Assembly (NCBI GenBank): GCA_963762145.1
Contig: CAVXJS010000019.1
Coordinates: forward strand, 224,001-288,000
Source of the DNA: an uncultured Candidatus Rokubacteria bacterium
GTDB lineage: Bacteria > Methylomirabilota > Methylomirabilia > Rokubacteriales > CSP1-6
Length of the DNA stretch: 64,000 nucleotides
Reading direction: 5' to 3'
The notes beneath the pieces are model-generated. The model made no database searches. It was not told the DNA's origin and was given only the letters and a program-made list of their open reading frames with translations. The first letter of the stretch is position 1. The number at the start of each line of letters is the position of its first letter. Position numbers and translations under genes: made by a program. Below are positions 1 to 9,178 of this stretch, one piece after another.

Positions 1-1064
<1,064 letters not shown>

Positions 1065-1071
1065 GATCTGC

Positions 1072-3054
1072 TCACGCGTAGTAGTCGAAGTCGCGCTCGC
1101 GGCGGCGCCAGCGGCCCACGCGATAGATGTGCGCGGGGGCGACGCGCGGGTCGAGCGTGACCGAGTGGGTGGCGCCGCGCACGAGGCGGCGGTCGCCGCC
1201 CAGGAGCTCGTGGATCTCGTAGGTCTCGTCCGCGGCGATCCCGATGTCGGCGAGCGGGATCTGCAGCGTGGCCTCGTGGGTCGCGAACGGGTCCAGGTTG
1301 ACCGCGACCAGGATCACGTTGTCGCGCGCCGGGGTGTGCTTGCCGTAGAAGAGCACGTGCGGGCTGTCCGCCGGGTAGAAGCGGAGGCCGGCCATGGCGT
1401 GGAGCGCCGGGTTCTCCCGCCGGATCGCGTTGAGCCGCGCGATGTAGTCCGAGATGTTGCCGGGCGCGCTCCAGTCGCGCACCCGGATCTCGTACTTCTC
1501 CGAGTCCCGGTATTCCTCGGTGCCGGGCAGCGGCGTGCCCTCGCAGAGCTCGTAGCCGCTGTAGATGCCCCACACCGACGAGAGCGTGGCGGCCAGGGCG
1601 GCGCGCATGCGGAAGGCGGGGGGCCCGCCGCGCTGCAGGACCTCGGGGAGGATGTCGGGCGTGTTGACGAAGAAGTTGCCGCGGAAGTACTCGGCCATCT
1701 CCGAGCGGGTGAGCTCCTCCAGGTACTCGGTGAGCTCCTCCTTGAAGTTGCGCCAGGTGAAGTAGGTGTAGGACTGCGTGAAGCCGGCCTTGGCGAGCGC
1801 GCGCATCACCTTGGGCCGGGTGAAGGCCTCGGAGAGGAAGATCACGTCCGGGTCGCGGTCCTGGACCTCGCGGATCAGCCAGGCCCAGAAGTCGAGGGGC
1901 TTGGTGTGCGGATTGTCCACCCGGAAGGTCCGCACGCCCTGCTCGATCCAGAATCGCACGACGCCCAGCAGGGCGTCCCAGAGCGACTCCCAGGCCGGGC
2001 TCGCGAAGTTGATCGGGTAGATGTCCTGGTACTTCTTGGGCGGGTTCTCGGCGTACTTGATGGAGCCGTCGGGCCGCGAATAGAACCACTCCGGGTGCTC
2101 CCGCACCCACGGGTGATCCGGCGAGCACTGGATCGCGAAGTCGAGGGCGATCTCCATCCCCAGGTCCTGGGCGGCCTTCACGAGACCGCGGAAGTCCTCG
2201 AGCGTCCCCAGCTCGGGGTGCACCGCGGTGTGGCCGCCCTCGGCGCCCCCGATGGCCCACGGGCTGCCCGGGTCGCCGGGGCCCGCGACCAGCGCGTTGT
2301 CCGGACCCTTGCGCGCGGTCCGGCCGATGGGATGGATGGGCGGCAGGTAGACGACGTCGAAGCCCATGCGGCGGATCTCGGGAAGCCGGTCCACGCAGTC
2401 GTCGAAGGTGCCGTGGCGGCCAGGCACGCGGCCCTGCGAGCGCGGGAACAGCTCGTACCACGCGGCGAACGCGGCGGCCGGCCGGTCGACGACCACCTCG
2501 AGCTCCCGATCGTGGCGCGTGAGGTCGGGCCGCGGCTGGACGCGCGCCATCACCTGACGGAGATCGGGGTCGAGGAGGACGTCGAGGCGGTGGTCGCGCG
2601 AGGACGCGGCCTCGAGCCGCTCGATCGCGCGGGTCACCGCGGCGGCGTCCGCGTCCCGCGCGACGTCGCGCGCGAGCCGGAGCATCGCGCCGCCTTCCAG
2701 CAGCTCGCTCGTGAGATCGGTCTGGCCGCCGGCCAGGCGCCGCCGCATCTCCTCGACCCAGGAGCCGAAGGTGTCGGTCCAGGCCTCGACGGTGTAGCGA
2801 TAGCGGGTATTGGCCTCGAGAGGGAACGACCCGGCCCAGCCGTCGTTGTCCACCGGATGGAGCGCCGCGGTTCGCCAGTCGGTCTGCCCGGCGGGCCGGA
2901 AGCGGATGGCCGCGGCGAGGAGATCGTGGCCTTCCTTGAAGATGTCGGCGGTGACGGTCAACGCGTCTCCCGCGACCCGCTTGACCGGATAGCGGCCGGC
3001 GTCCACCGCGGGGCGCACGTGCTCGATCACGATCGGCCGGCGGGTCCGCGTCAT
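1072..3054 (-). CDS. glgE: Alpha-1,4-glucan:maltose-1-phosphate maltosyltransferase GlgE
   Basis: AWYELFPRS, PGSPWAIG, YAENPPKKYQDIYP, FRVDNPHTKP, SEAFTRP. ATG at 3054 overlaps the upstream stop (ATGA). Confidence 0.95.
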   Translation of the reverse strand: MTRTRRPIVIEHVRPAVDAGRYPVKRVAGDALTVTADIFKEGHDLLAAAIRFRPAGQTDWRTAALHPVDNDGWAGSFPLEANTRYRYTVEAWTDTFGSWVEEMRRRLAGGQTDLTSELLEGGAMLRLARDVARDADAAAVTRAIERLEAASSRDHRLDVLLDPDLRQVMARVQPRPDLTRHDRELEVVVDRPAAAFAAWYELFPRSQGRVPGRHGTFDDCVDRLPEIRRMGFDVVYLPPIHPIGRTARKGPDNALVAGPGDPGSPWAIGGAEGGHTAVHPELGTLEDFRGLVKAAQDLGMEIALDFAIQCSPDHPWVREHPEWFYSRPDGSIKYAENPPKKYQDIYPINFASPAWESLWDALLGVVRFWIEQGVRTFRVDNPHTKPLDFWAWLIREVQDRDPDVIFLSEAFTRPKVMRALAKAGFTQSYTYFTWRNFKEELTEYLEELTRSEMAEYFRGNFFVNTPDILPEVLQRGGPPAFRMRAALAATLSSVWGIYSGYELCEGTPLPGTEEYRDSEKYEIRVRDWSAPGNISDYIARLNAIRRENPALHAMAGLRFYPADSPHVLFYGKHTPARDNVILVAVNLDPFATHEATLQIPLADIGIAADETYEIHELLGGDRRLVRGATHSVTLDPRVAPAHIYRVGRWRRRERDFDYYA

Positions 3055-4286
3055 CGCCACCGGTCCACCAGGTAGGTCTTGTCCTCCTCGAACATGCCGC
3101 CCAGACGCGTCGCGCTCTGGACCATGGCGGCGGGTGGCCGCGTGCTGGTCTCGAGGATCACCGAGGCGGCGCGGCCCAGGTAGAGCGGGGCGAGCGACTG
3201 GGCGGCGTGGCTGCGGTAGACGACTCGCGCGCGGTAGGCGAGCAGGAAGTCGTAGACCACGCGCGTCCATAGCCGGTCGGAGAAGCGGAAGCGCTCGAGC
3301 GGCCGATCGCTCAGCTCCAGCACCTCGCCCAGATTCTCGGGAGCCAGGATGCGCTCCCACACCGGAAGGAGGTCGCGCACGCCCTGGACGAAGCCGACCT
3401 GCATGCGCTCGGGGTCCACGATCGGCCCGCCCGGCAGCGGCTCGGGCGGCACGCCGAAGGTCGCCACCGGCTCCGAGCCGCGGATGTCGAGCCAGTACTG
3501 CTCCGACTGCTCGGCCAGGGCGAAGAGCGCGCCGGCCACCCGGCCCACCGTGCGACCCAGCGGCGCGGGGGGCTGGCTGGCCGTCACCGTCCGCGGACCC
3601 AGCACGGCCTGCCCGACCGTGAAGCCCCGCTCGATCGCGGTGGCGGGCAGCCAGAACTCGAGGCCGTGACGGCCGAGGTCGGTCTCCCAGATCGGCTGCG
3701 CGAGGAAGGCGTCGGCGGCCGCAGCCGAGCAGGCGAACTCCTCGGCCAGCGGATGGGCGAGCTGCCGCCCGAACAGGCTGCGCATCAGCGGCACCACGAG
3801 GGCCTGGGTGAGCGTGCCGTCATACCGGTAGCGATGATAGATGGGCAGGACGAGCCCGACGTCGTCCTTGAGCACCGGGGTGGCCAGGGCGCGGACCCAG
3901 TCCGGGGTGGTGCTGCCCAGATCCGCATTGAGCGTCACGAGCGCCCGCGCCTCGAGCCTCCGGCCGACGGTGAGGATCGTTCGGACGGCCTGGGCCCAGT
4001 CGAGCGCGCCGTCCGCGGCGTGGCCGCCCCCGGCGGCCCGGATCACGCGCACCGGCCCCAGGGCCGCCGCGAGCGCAGGCGGCGTCTCCACGGAGCCCGT
4101 CTGGTCCACGTGCACGACCACCGCGCCTTGGCCGGCGAAGTGCGCATCGAGGCTCGCCCGCACCGCGCCGGCCACCGCGGCGACGGTGGCGCTCGGCCCG
4201 GCGGTGGCGAGGCCCACCACGAGGTCGGCGGTGCCGATCCGCTCGACGGTGGTCCGGACCTCGGGCGCGAGCTCGAGCGTTTCCAT
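3051..4286 (-). CDS. Glucosylglycerate/mannosylglycerate-synthase-like GT-A glycosyltransferase (divergent)
   Basis: IGTADLVVGL, PIYHRYRYDGTLT, LAPLYLGR(A)ASV, FEEDKTYLVDRW resemble this family. The DxD motif reads NAD. Confidence 0.6.
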   Translation of the reverse strand: METLELAPEVRTTVERIGTADLVVGLATAGPSATVAAVAGAVRASLDAHFAGQGAVVVHVDQTGSVETPPALAAALGPVRVIRAAGGGHAADGALDWAQAVRTILTVGRRLEARALVTLNADLGSTTPDWVRALATPVLKDDVGLVLPIYHRYRYDGTLTQALVVPLMRSLFGRQLAHPLAEEFACSAAAADAFLAQPIWETDLGRHGLEFWLPATAIERGFTVGQAVLGPRTVTASQPPAPLGRTVGRVAGALFALAEQSEQYWLDIRGSEPVATFGVPPEPLPGGPIVDPERMQVGFVQGVRDLLPVWERILAPENLGEVLELSDRPLERFRFSDRLWTRVVYDFLLAYRARVVYRSHAAQSLAPLYLGRAASVILETSTRPPAAMVQSATRLGGMFEEDKTYLVDRWR

Positions 4287-5488
4287 CACCGGGTGAGATG
4301 GGCGAGCAGCGCGAGATAGTCGCTGAGCTGGCGGGTCACGAGGAAGTTGCGGCGCACGTGCTCGCGCCCGGCCGCGCCCATGCGGCCGATGAGCTCCGGA
4401 TTGCTCAGAAGCTGCCGGATGCGGAACGCGGCTCCTTCCACGGTCTCCACGGTATACCCGGTGACGTTCACGACCATCTGAAATGGAATGCCCCCCGCGA
4501 TGGTGCCGATCACCGGCTTGCCCTTCCACATCGCGGTGGCCACGTCGATGGTGAAATCGGCCTTGAGCGGCTTCTGAAACGCGATCGTCGCGGCGCGCTC
4601 GAGCGCGTTCAGCTCCGTCTGGGGATCCGGGGGGAGCACGATCACCGCGATGTCGGGATCCTGTCCCGCCGCCTCCTGCACGTCGGCGAGGACATCATCG
4701 CCGGGCGCGGGGGGCGGACCGGCCAGGACGAGCCGGACGTCGTGGTGCTTCTTCACCAGCCGGAAGGCATTGATCACGCCGAGCGGGTCGTGCTGGCGCT
4801 CGAAGGGCCCCACCTGGAGCAGGATCGGCTTGTCCCGCGGGACGTGGAGGCGGTCCAGCTGGGCGGCCTGCTCGGCGCGGGTCATCTCCCGGTTGCGCTC
4901 GGAGAGCGGATCGATCGACGGGTACACGACGAACCGCGGGATCGAGAGTGGGGTCGCGAAGCGGGCGAGGGAGAAGACGGCCGCGTCGTAGCGCTGGGCG
5001 ATCGGGCGGAGCGCGCTCCAGACCTGCGGCTGGGCCGAGGAGAGGTCCTGGTGGCACCGCCACACCCAGCGGCCCGCGCCGCCGCGCTGCTCGACCAGGC
5101 CGAGCGGGGCGGCGTCGTGCACCATCACGAGGTCGGCGTCGAGCCGGAGCCGGCGCGCGTTCTCGGCCGCGGTCTCGCTGAGGCGGGCCAGCATGCCCTC
5201 GGTGATCACCTGCTCGGTGCCCGCGAGGGCCCGGCTCACCGCGCGGCCGACCTGGTCGAAGTCGGCGGTGCCGATCGTGATCTCCCAGCTCGTATCCACC
5301 CCCAGGTCGTTCATGATCGGCACGAGCCGGTTCAGCACCTCCACGCCCACGCCCCCGTACCGCGAGGCGCTCACGTGCACGAAGCGCTTCCCGCGCAGGC
5401 GCTCGCCGAGGCGCATCAGGATGTCCACCGCGCCGCGCGGGGCAATCTGGCGGTAGTCGTCGAGCTTGAGCAGCGAGCCCGGGGCCAT
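4286..5488 (-). CDS. TreT-like GT4 glycosyltransferase with degenerate catalytic motifs
   Basis: RLRGKRFVHV, WVWRCH, PSIDPLSERN, DPLGVINAFRLVKK, AMWKGKPVI match the TreT family. EGFGL is replaced by ADFTI. Confidence 0.8.
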   Translation of the reverse strand: MAPGSLLKLDDYRQIAPRGAVDILMRLGERLRGKRFVHVSASRYGGVGVEVLNRLVPIMNDLGVDTSWEITIGTADFDQVGRAVSRALAGTEQVITEGMLARLSETAAENARRLRLDADLVMVHDAAPLGLVEQRGGAGRWVWRCHQDLSSAQPQVWSALRPIAQRYDAAVFSLARFATPLSIPRFVVYPSIDPLSERNREMTRAEQAAQLDRLHVPRDKPILLQVGPFERQHDPLGVINAFRLVKKHHDVRLVLAGPPPAPGDDVLADVQEAAGQDPDIAVIVLPPDPQTELNALERAATIAFQKPLKADFTIDVATAMWKGKPVIGTIAGGIPFQMVVNVTGYTVETVEGAAFRIRQLLSNPELIGRMGAAGREHVRRNFLVTRQLSDYLALLAHLTR

Positions 5489-6150
5489 CAGGCGCCTCCG
5501 TCCGCGATGGCGTCGGAGAGCACGTTGAGATGACGGTCGCGGATGCGCTCGAGGCTGCCCGCGTAGGGATCGATGTGGGCCAGGCGCTCGGCGACGTCGG
5601 GGAGGCCGAGCCCTCTCGCGACCCATTCCGCGAAGTCGCCGCGCCCGCGTCCGGCGCGGTAGCGCGCCTCGATCGTGTGGAAGAAGACCGCGCTCACGTC
5701 GACCTCGACCAGCGCGTCGCGCAGCTCGGGCAGGGTACGGGCCTGGTGGCCGGTGGGCACCGGGACGAGGTGCATCTGGAAGAAGCGGAAGCGCTTGCCC
5801 TGGGTGCGCGAGGGCGCGGTCCCGAGGTGCTGGAGGTGATCCGAGATGGTGGCGACCAGCTCCTCGCGCACCCGCTCCATGGAGCCCGCGTGGAAGGCAT
5901 CCACCCCGGCCAGGCGCTCCGCGAGGCGCACGTCGCGCACCTCGGTGCCCACCCACAGCGCGAAGTCGTTGGGATAGGCCTCGGCCAGGACCGCCCGGCG
6001 CAGCAGCGAGGCGGACGTGTGGCAGAAGACGGACTCCACCGGCACGCGCTCGAGCTGCTCGAGCAGCTGACGGGCGTCGTGGGCCTCGTGGGGCAGCAGC
6101 TCGTTCAGCTCGAGGCAGCCGAGGAAGACGAAGGGCTCGGTGGGGCTCAT
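5488..6150 (-). CDS. DUF5752 family protein (commonly paired with TreT)
   Basis: Two repeats of F.F...A..L.EL...L..V...S.F.H...NDFA.WV; translationally coupled to the TreT-like gene. Confidence 0.8.
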   Translation of the reverse strand: MSPTEPFVFLGCLELNELLPHEAHDARQLLEQLERVPVESVFCHTSASLLRRAVLAEAYPNDFALWVGTEVRDVRLAERLAGVDAFHAGSMERVREELVATISDHLQHLGTAPSRTQGKRFRFFQMHLVPVPTGHQARTLPELRDALVEVDVSAVFFHTIEARYRAGRGRGDFAEWVARGLGLPDVAERLAHIDPYAGSLERIRDRHLNVLSDAIADGGA

Positions 6151-6179
6151 GCGGTAAGCTCTCCGGGAGGACGACAACC

Positions 6180-7361
6180 GTGAGAATCCTGCTCCTGAGC
6201 CGCGAGTACCCGCCGCACATCTACGGCGGGGCAGGCGTGGTGGTGGATCACCTGAGCCGCGCGCTCGCCCGCCGCGCATCGGTCGAGGTGCGCTGCTTCG
6301 GCGAGAACGACCAGGTGAAGCCCGGCTTGACCGTGCGGGGCTACGCGCCCTGGCCGCGCCTGGCGGGAGGGCCGGAGGTGCCTTACGCCCCCGCGCTCGA
6401 GGCCCTCTCGGTCGGGCTCGCGATGGCGCGGGATCCGGTCGCGGCCGACCTGGTGCACACCCACACCTGGTACGTGGGGCTGGGCGGAATGCTGGTGCAG
6501 TCCATCCACGACGTTCCCCTCGTGGTCACCCTGCACAGCATGGAGCCGCTTCGACCCTGGAAGGCCGATCAGCTCGGCACCGGTTACGCGGTGTCGACCT
6601 GGGCCGAGCGGCTCGCCGTCGAGCGCGCCGACCGCGTGATCGCGGTGTCGGCCCAGATGCGCGGGGACATCCTGACCCACTTCCAGGTCGATCCCGCTCG
6701 GGTGGTGGTGATCCACAACGGGGTGGACGCGGAGGCCTTCGCGCGCACCGACCGGCAGGACGCCCTCGCGCGCCACGGAGTGCGCGCGCCCTACGCGCTC
6801 TTCGTCGGCCGGATCAGCGAGCAGAAGGGGATCTTCCAGCTCCTGGAGGCCGCGCGGACCTTGCCGGCGGGCGTCCAGCTCGTGCTCTGCGCCAGCAGCC
6901 CGGACACGCCGGAGCTGCTCGCCCGGCTCGAGGCCGCGGTGGCGGGGCGCCCGGAGATCCGATGGATCAACGCGATGCTGCCGGTGCCCGAGGTCGCCCA
7001 GCTGTACAGCCACGCCGCGGTGTTCGTGTGCCCGTCCATCTACGAGCCGTTCGGCCTGATCAACCTCGAAGCCATGGCCTGCGGCACGCCGGTGGTGGCG
7101 AGCCGGGTCGGCGGCATCCCCGAGGTGGTGGTGGACGACGAGACCGGCCGGCTGGTGGAGCCCGGCGACGTCGCCGCGCTCGGCCAGGCCCTGCGGGAAA
7201 CGCTCGCCGATCCGGCGCGCGCCCGACGCATGGGCGAGGCCGGCCGCCGCCGCGTGGAGGCCCAGTTCTCCTGGGATCGGATCGCGGAGCGGACCATGAC
7301 GGTCTACCGGGAAGCGATCGATTCCAGGGCGGCTCATCGGGGGCGGGCTCCCGCGAGATAG
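6180..7361 (+). CDS. glgA: GT4 glycogen synthase / alpha-maltose-1-phosphate synthase (GlgM, Corynebacterium-type GlgA)
   Basis: REYPPHIYGGAG, HTHTWY, HSMEPLRPWKADQLG, CPSIYEPFGLINLEAMAC; GGAGG SD. Confidence 0.9.
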   Translation: MRILLLSREYPPHIYGGAGVVVDHLSRALARRASVEVRCFGENDQVKPGLTVRGYAPWPRLAGGPEVPYAPALEALSVGLAMARDPVAADLVHTHTWYVGLGGMLVQSIHDVPLVVTLHSMEPLRPWKADQLGTGYAVSTWAERLAVERADRVIAVSAQMRGDILTHFQVDPARVVVIHNGVDAEAFARTDRQDALARHGVRAPYALFVGRISEQKGIFQLLEAARTLPAGVQLVLCASSPDTPELLARLEAAVAGRPEIRWINAMLPVPEVAQLYSHAAVFVCPSIYEPFGLINLEAMACGTPVVASRVGGIPEVVVDDETGRLVEPGDVAALGQALRETLADPARARRMGEAGRRRVEAQFSWDRIAERTMTVYREAIDSRAAHRGRAPAR

Positions 7362-9178
7362 AACGCCACGCTCCACGGCGGCAGCGCGGACCACGTGGGC
7401 GATGGCAAGGCGAGCGCGTAGAGGCGGCGGCCCCAGTCCGCGCCCGGCCCGTCGTGCGGAACAGGGGCCGCGCCCAGGTTGGCGACGAGCCGCAGCGTGC
7501 CGGTCGGGAACGTCCAGGCGACCTCGAGCGCGGTCTCGCCGAGGGCCTTCCACGAGACGGCCGGGACCGGCTCGTCCGCGAGCAACGACGCGATCTCCCG
7601 GGTCCGCAGCGCGAGCAGCGCCTGGTGGAACGCGAGCCAGTCCTTGTGGACGGCGGCCCGCGCGTGACTCCAGTCGAGGCTCGAGCGCCGGAACGTGGAC
7701 TCGGCCTGGGGATCGGGGATGCGCTCTCGCGTCGCGGGATCGGCGAACTCGGGGAACCGCGCGAACTCACGCCGCCGTCCCTCGGAGACGAGCGGGCCCA
7801 GGTCCGGGCCCAGATCGCTGAAGAACAGGAACGGCTCCGGCGCGGCCCACTCCTCGCCCATGAACAGCAACGGCGGAGCGGGGGAGAGCAGGAGCACCGC
7901 GGTGGCCGCGCGCACCGCATCGGGCGAGGCGAGCGCGGTGATCCGCTCGCCGAGCGCGCGATTGCCGATCTGATCGTGGTTCTGGAGGAAGCCCACGAAG
8001 GCGGTGGGCGGCAGGTCCGCGGAGGGCTCGCCGCGGGCGCCGCCCCGGTACGCGGACCACTCGCCCTGGAACGCGAAGCCCTCGGCCAGGCATCGGCCGA
8101 GATGCGGCAGCGGCGGCTGGTAGTCGCCGTAGTAGCCGCCGCGCTCGCCGGTCAGGAGCACGTGCAGCGCGTGGTGCACGTCGTCGTTCCACTGGGCCTG
8201 GTAGAGCGGGCGCCCGCCGTCCGCCCGCCGGAGGTAGCGCGCCTCGTTGGCGCCGTTCTCCAGCACCAGGTGCACGCGGCGCTCGCGGGCGGGCCCGTCG
8301 GCCACCGCGCGGGCCAGCTCCTCCAGGAGGTGACGGGGCGACTCGTCCACGATCGCGTTGACCGCGTCGAGGCGCAGGCCGTCGAGGTGGTACTCCTCGA
8401 TCCAGTAGAGCGCGTTGTGGATCATGAACGCGCGCACCACCTCCGAGCCGGGCCCGTCGTAGTTGATCCCGTCGCCCCACGGGGTCTGGTGGCGCGGGTT
8501 GAAGAAGTCGGGCGCGTAGCGGTGCAGGTAGTTGCCCTCGGGCCCGAAGTGGTTGTAGACGACGTCGAGGAAGACGGCGAGGCCGCGCGCGTGCGCGGCG
8601 TCCACCAGGGCCTTCAGGTCCTCGGGCCGGCCGTAGGTCGCCTCGGGCGCGTACAGGAGCACGCCGTCGTAGCCCCAGCCCCGGCGGCCCGGGAAGTCGG
8701 CCACCGGCATCAGCTCCAGCGCGGTGACGCCGAGGGCGACCAGGTGATCGAGCCGCTCGGCCACGGCCGCGTGGGTGCCGGCCGCGGTGAAGGTGCCGAC
8801 GTGCAGCTCGTAGAACACGAGCCGCTCCGGAGCGAGCCCGATCCAGGCGGTGTCGGTCCAGGCATGGGCCAGGGGGTCCACGACCTCGCTCGCGCCGTGC
8901 ACGTCGCCGGGCTGGAAGCGCGCGGCCGGATCGGGCACGAGCAGCTCGCCGTCGATGCGGAAGCGGTAGCGCGTGCCCGCGGGCGCTTCCCGCGTCACGT
9001 ACTCGGCCCATCCTCCCGCGTCGCGCGGCATCGCCACCGCGCGCCCCGGCTCCTCGAGCCAGAGCTCGACCTGGCGAGCGCCGGGGGCCCAGAGGCGGAA
9101 CCGCGTGGTGCCGTCCTCGCGGACCTCCGCGCCGAACGGCATCCGATGCGCGCGCCGCGCCGCCGGGCTCGGGCTCAC
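7334..9178 (-). CDS. treZ: Malto-oligosyltrehalose trehalohydrolase TreZ
   Basis: MPFGAE, YELHVGTFT, WGYDGV, DGLRLDAV, QWNDD, FLQNHDQIGNRA, FMGEEW. GTG at 9178 overlaps the treY stop. Confidence 0.95.
   Translation of the reverse strand: MSPSPAARRAHRMPFGAEVREDGTTRFRLWAPGARQVELWLEEPGRAVAMPRDAGGWAEYVTREAPAGTRYRFRIDGELLVPDPAARFQPGDVHGASEVVDPLAHAWTDTAWIGLAPERLVFYELHVGTFTAAGTHAAVAERLDHLVALGVTALELMPVADFPGRRGWGYDGVLLYAPEATYGRPEDLKALVDAAHARGLAVFLDVVYNHFGPEGNYLHRYAPDFFNPRHQTPWGDGINYDGPGSEVVRAFMIHNALYWIEEYHLDGLRLDAVNAIVDESPRHLLEELARAVADGPARERRVHLVLENGANEARYLRRADGGRPLYQAQWNDDVHHALHVLLTGERGGYYGDYQPPLPHLGRCLAEGFAFQGEWSAYRGGARGEPSADLPPTAFVGFLQNHDQIGNRALGERITALASPDAVRAATAVLLLSPAPPLLFMGEEWAAPEPFLFFSDLGPDLGPLVSEGRRREFARFPEFADPATRERIPDPQAESTFRRSSLDWSHARAAVHKDWLAFHQALLALRTREIASLLADEPVPAVSWKALGETALEVAWTFPTGTLRLVANLGAAPVPHDGPGADWGRRLYALALPSPTWSALPPWSVAFYLAGARPR

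Noticed and set aside
1072-1074. glgE TGA as a second selenocysteine codon
   Set aside because: Not at a conserved Cys position and no SECIS-like hairpin; GlgE ends naturally here.
4286-6220. N-terminal extensions of TreT (644 aa), GlgE (762 aa) and the nucleotidyltransferase (746 aa) in the ORF track
   Set aside because: Over-extended starts overlapping real upstream genes; coupled start/stop junctions give the true starts.
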